Below are positions 62,233-64,000 of a stretch of 64,000 nt of DNA, piece by piece. The notes under the pieces were generated by a model. It saw only the letters and a program-made list of their open reading frames with translations. It was not told the origin of the DNA and did no database searches. Every line of letters begins with the position of its first letter. Within the stretch, counting starts at the first letter, position 1. Position numbers and translations under genes: made by a program. The stretch is taken from the NCBI GenBank assembly GCA_016207925.1, contig JACQZB010000052.1, positions 11,792-75,791 of the forward strand. Reading direction: 5' to 3'. The DNA comes from Nitrospinota bacterium (GTDB lineage Bacteria > Nitrospinota_A > UBA7883).

Positions 62233-62877
62233 ATGCGCCTACCGTTCGACCCCGACGCCTGGATGTTCGTGATCCCCTTGGGGATCGCCGCGCTGGTTAT
62301 GTGGCTATTGGGCTGGTGTACTCCCGGTTGGGTGGCGCTATTGCTCATGCTGTTCTCGCTCTACTTTTTCCGCGACCCGGAACGGATCATCCCGGAGCAG
62401 CCCAGCGCCGTGGTGGCCCCCGCCGACGGCAAGGTGGTGAAAATAGACACCGCCTACCAGAGCCAGGAGTTTCCCCAGGGGGCCATCTGCGTCTCCATTT
62501 TCCTGTCCGTGTTCAACGTGCATGTCCAGCGCGCGCCGTTCGCGGGGACGGTGTTCAGCAAAAGCTACCATCCCGGCAAGTTCATGGCCGCGTGGGATCA
62601 CCGCGCCAGCGAGGAGAACGAGCGCTCGCTGATGGTGATGGAAACAGCGCACGGAAAAATCGGCGTCAAGCAGATCGCGGGCTTGGTCGCGCGCCGCGTG
62701 GTGCTGCGCGCGCGGGTGGGCCAGCGGCTGGAGCGCGGCGATCACATCGGCCTGATCCGGTTCGGCTCGCGCGTGGATTTGATCGTGCCGCCGGAGTTTG
62801 AAATCACCATCAAGGTGGGCGACACGGTGACGGGCGGCGAAACGGTCATGGCCCGCGCGTGGAAAAACGCGGCATGA
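62233..62877 (+). CDS. psd: phosphatidylserine decarboxylase family protein (short type)
   Basis: 214 aa. N-terminal TM helices. C-terminal GS(R) self-processing-site context (LIRFGSRVDL). ATGA-coupled to pssA. Confidence 0.7.
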   Translation: MRLPFDPDAWMFVIPLGIAALVMWLLGWCTPGWVALLLMLFSLYFFRDPERIIPEQPSAVVAPADGKVVKIDTAYQSQEFPQGAICVSIFLSVFNVHVQRAPFAGTVFSKSYHPGKFMAAWDHRASEENERSLMVMETAHGKIGVKQIAGLVARRVVLRARVGQRLERGDHIGLIRFGSRVDLIVPPEFEITIKVGDTVTGGETVMARAWKNAA

Positions 62878-63644
62878 ATACGCCGGTGGGAGACGTGGTG
62901 GAGGATGGCGAACCGCCCAGGCGGTTGCGCCGGGGAGTCTTCATTGTCCCCAGCCTTGTCACTTCCGCCGCGTTCTTCAGCGGGTTCTATGCGATCATCG
63001 CCTCCATCAACGGCGACTACTACACCGCCGCGTGGGTCATCATCCTCGCCATGTTCTTCGACGGCATAGACGGGCGCATCGCCCGCGCCACCGGCGCCAC
63101 ATCGCAGTTTGGCGTGGAGTTCGACTCGCTTTCCGACCTTATCGCCTTCGGCGCCGCTCCGGCGATATTGATGTACAACTGGGTGCTGCAACCATTCGGC
63201 AAGGTGGGGTGGATGGCGGCGTTCCTGTTCTGCCTGTGCGGCGCCCTGCGCCTCGCCCGGTTCAATACCATGGTGGAGACCGGCCCCAAGGACCGCTTTG
63301 TGGGCCTTCCCATCCCTCCCGCCGCCGGAGTGCTGGCCGCCACGGTGCTGCTCACCAGGGGCGCCTTGGATATGGAACGCGCGCCCTCGCTGGTGATTCT
63401 TGTCACCGTGTACGCGCTGGCGCTGCTGATGGTCAGCAACATTCCCTACCACAACTTCAAAACGCTTTCGATGCGCAGCCGCCGCCCCTTCCATATCCTG
63501 CTGGGGATGATCCTCCTGATTTTCGTGGTGGCGCAGTTCCCTCATCACCTGCTGTTCGCCATGGCGGTTATCTACGCGCTCTCCGGCCCGCTGGAATGGC
63601 TGTGGCGCCGCGCGTTCAAGGGATCCCCGCAACCGGCGGCGTGA
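62874..63644 (+). CDS. pssA: CDP-diacylglycerol--serine O-phosphatidyltransferase
   Basis: ORF 62859..63644, ATG 62874 overlapping the psd stop. CDP-alcohol phosphatidyltransferase motif (DGIDGRIARATGATSQFGVEFDSLSDLIAFGAAP). Confidence 0.85.
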   Translation: MNTPVGDVVEDGEPPRRLRRGVFIVPSLVTSAAFFSGFYAIIASINGDYYTAAWVIILAMFFDGIDGRIARATGATSQFGVEFDSLSDLIAFGAAPAILMYNWVLQPFGKVGWMAAFLFCLCGALRLARFNTMVETGPKDRFVGLPIPPAAGVLAATVLLTRGALDMERAPSLVILVTVYALALLMVSNIPYHNFKTLSMRSRRPFHILLGMILLIFVVAQFPHHLLFAMAVIYALSGPLEWLWRRAFKGSPQPAA

Positions 63645-63687
63645 CTTGTTCTGGCCGGTACGGCGCGCCGCGGCCTATAATGACCTT

Positions 63688-64000
63688 ATGAAGAAGATCA
63701 TCATCGAATCCGGCGTGTGCGGCGAGAAAGTGGAAGTCACCGCGGATTCACAGGACGGACGTCACGTTACCGTGCGGGTGGGCAAATGCTGCCAGTTCAT
63801 CGAACGCATGAAACCAGACCTTGAAAAGGAGCCGCTGGACGCCTACCGGCTGATGTCGAACATCCTCAATTCGCCCATTTACCAGTCCGCCAGCCGCTGC
63901 CTGCCGCACGTCACCTGTCCCGTGCCCTCCGCCATCCACAAGGTCATAGAGGCGGAGGCGGGGCTGGCGGTTCCGGTGGACGTGAAAATCACCTTCGAAC
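63688..64000 (+). CDS. partial (3'-truncated) small Cys-containing hypothetical protein
   Basis: ATG 63688, open to the window end. Reads MKKIIIESGVCGEKVEVTADSQDGRHVTVRVGKCCQFIERM... with several Cys. No motif recognised. Confidence 0.35.
   Translation, partial: MKKIIIESGVCGEKVEVTADSQDGRHVTVRVGKCCQFIERMKPDLEKEPLDAYRLMSNILNSPIYQSASRCLPHVTCPVPSAIHKVIEAEAGLAVPVDVKITFE

Overview
High-GC bacterial chromosomal segment, densely coded on both strands. It contains no rRNA or tRNA genes, no CRISPR array, and no obvious mobile element or phage-defence genes. From left to right the window carries: c-di-GMP signalling genes (a cNMP-binding GGDEF protein, a Rossmann-GAF-GGDEF protein with a small dihaem cytochrome c upstream, and a PilZ protein); rlmN; a pilMN(fused)-O-P-secretin cluster; IHF and a Crp/Fnr regulator divergent from a His-rich membrane protein with two DUF1858 domains; an archaeal-type split glutamate synthase operon (gltD-like, GATase, FMN and GXGXG subunits); a Che-like module with a domain-permuted CheA (P3-P4-P5-HPt) flanked by receiver proteins; trpS and an M50 protease; an AhpD-like plus ArsS-like radical-SAM pair convergent with a cusCBA copper/silver efflux operon (cusC frameshifted); a disrupted PAS/GAF histidine kinase; dsrEFH followed by a translationally coupled 47-aa membrane peptide, a Tat-exported FeS protein and an NrfD-like membrane subunit; a minimal sigma-54 activator; hpt, comEC, aspS, gltX and thyX; a membrane sulfatase-like protein; a pilS-like kinase, pilC, a zinc-ribbon/pseudo-receiver protein and pilT; a DCD-like deaminase; and ilvBNC-psd-pssA. 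The most unusual loci are the permuted CheA module, the orphan dsrEFH plus FeS/NrfD quinone module, the ArsS-like gene whose Cys-rich tail is reached only through an out-of-frame TGA, and several signalling proteins with atypical sensor or pseudo-receiver domains. All calls rest on motif reading of the supplied ORF translations and visual inspection of intergenic DNA. No database searches were run.
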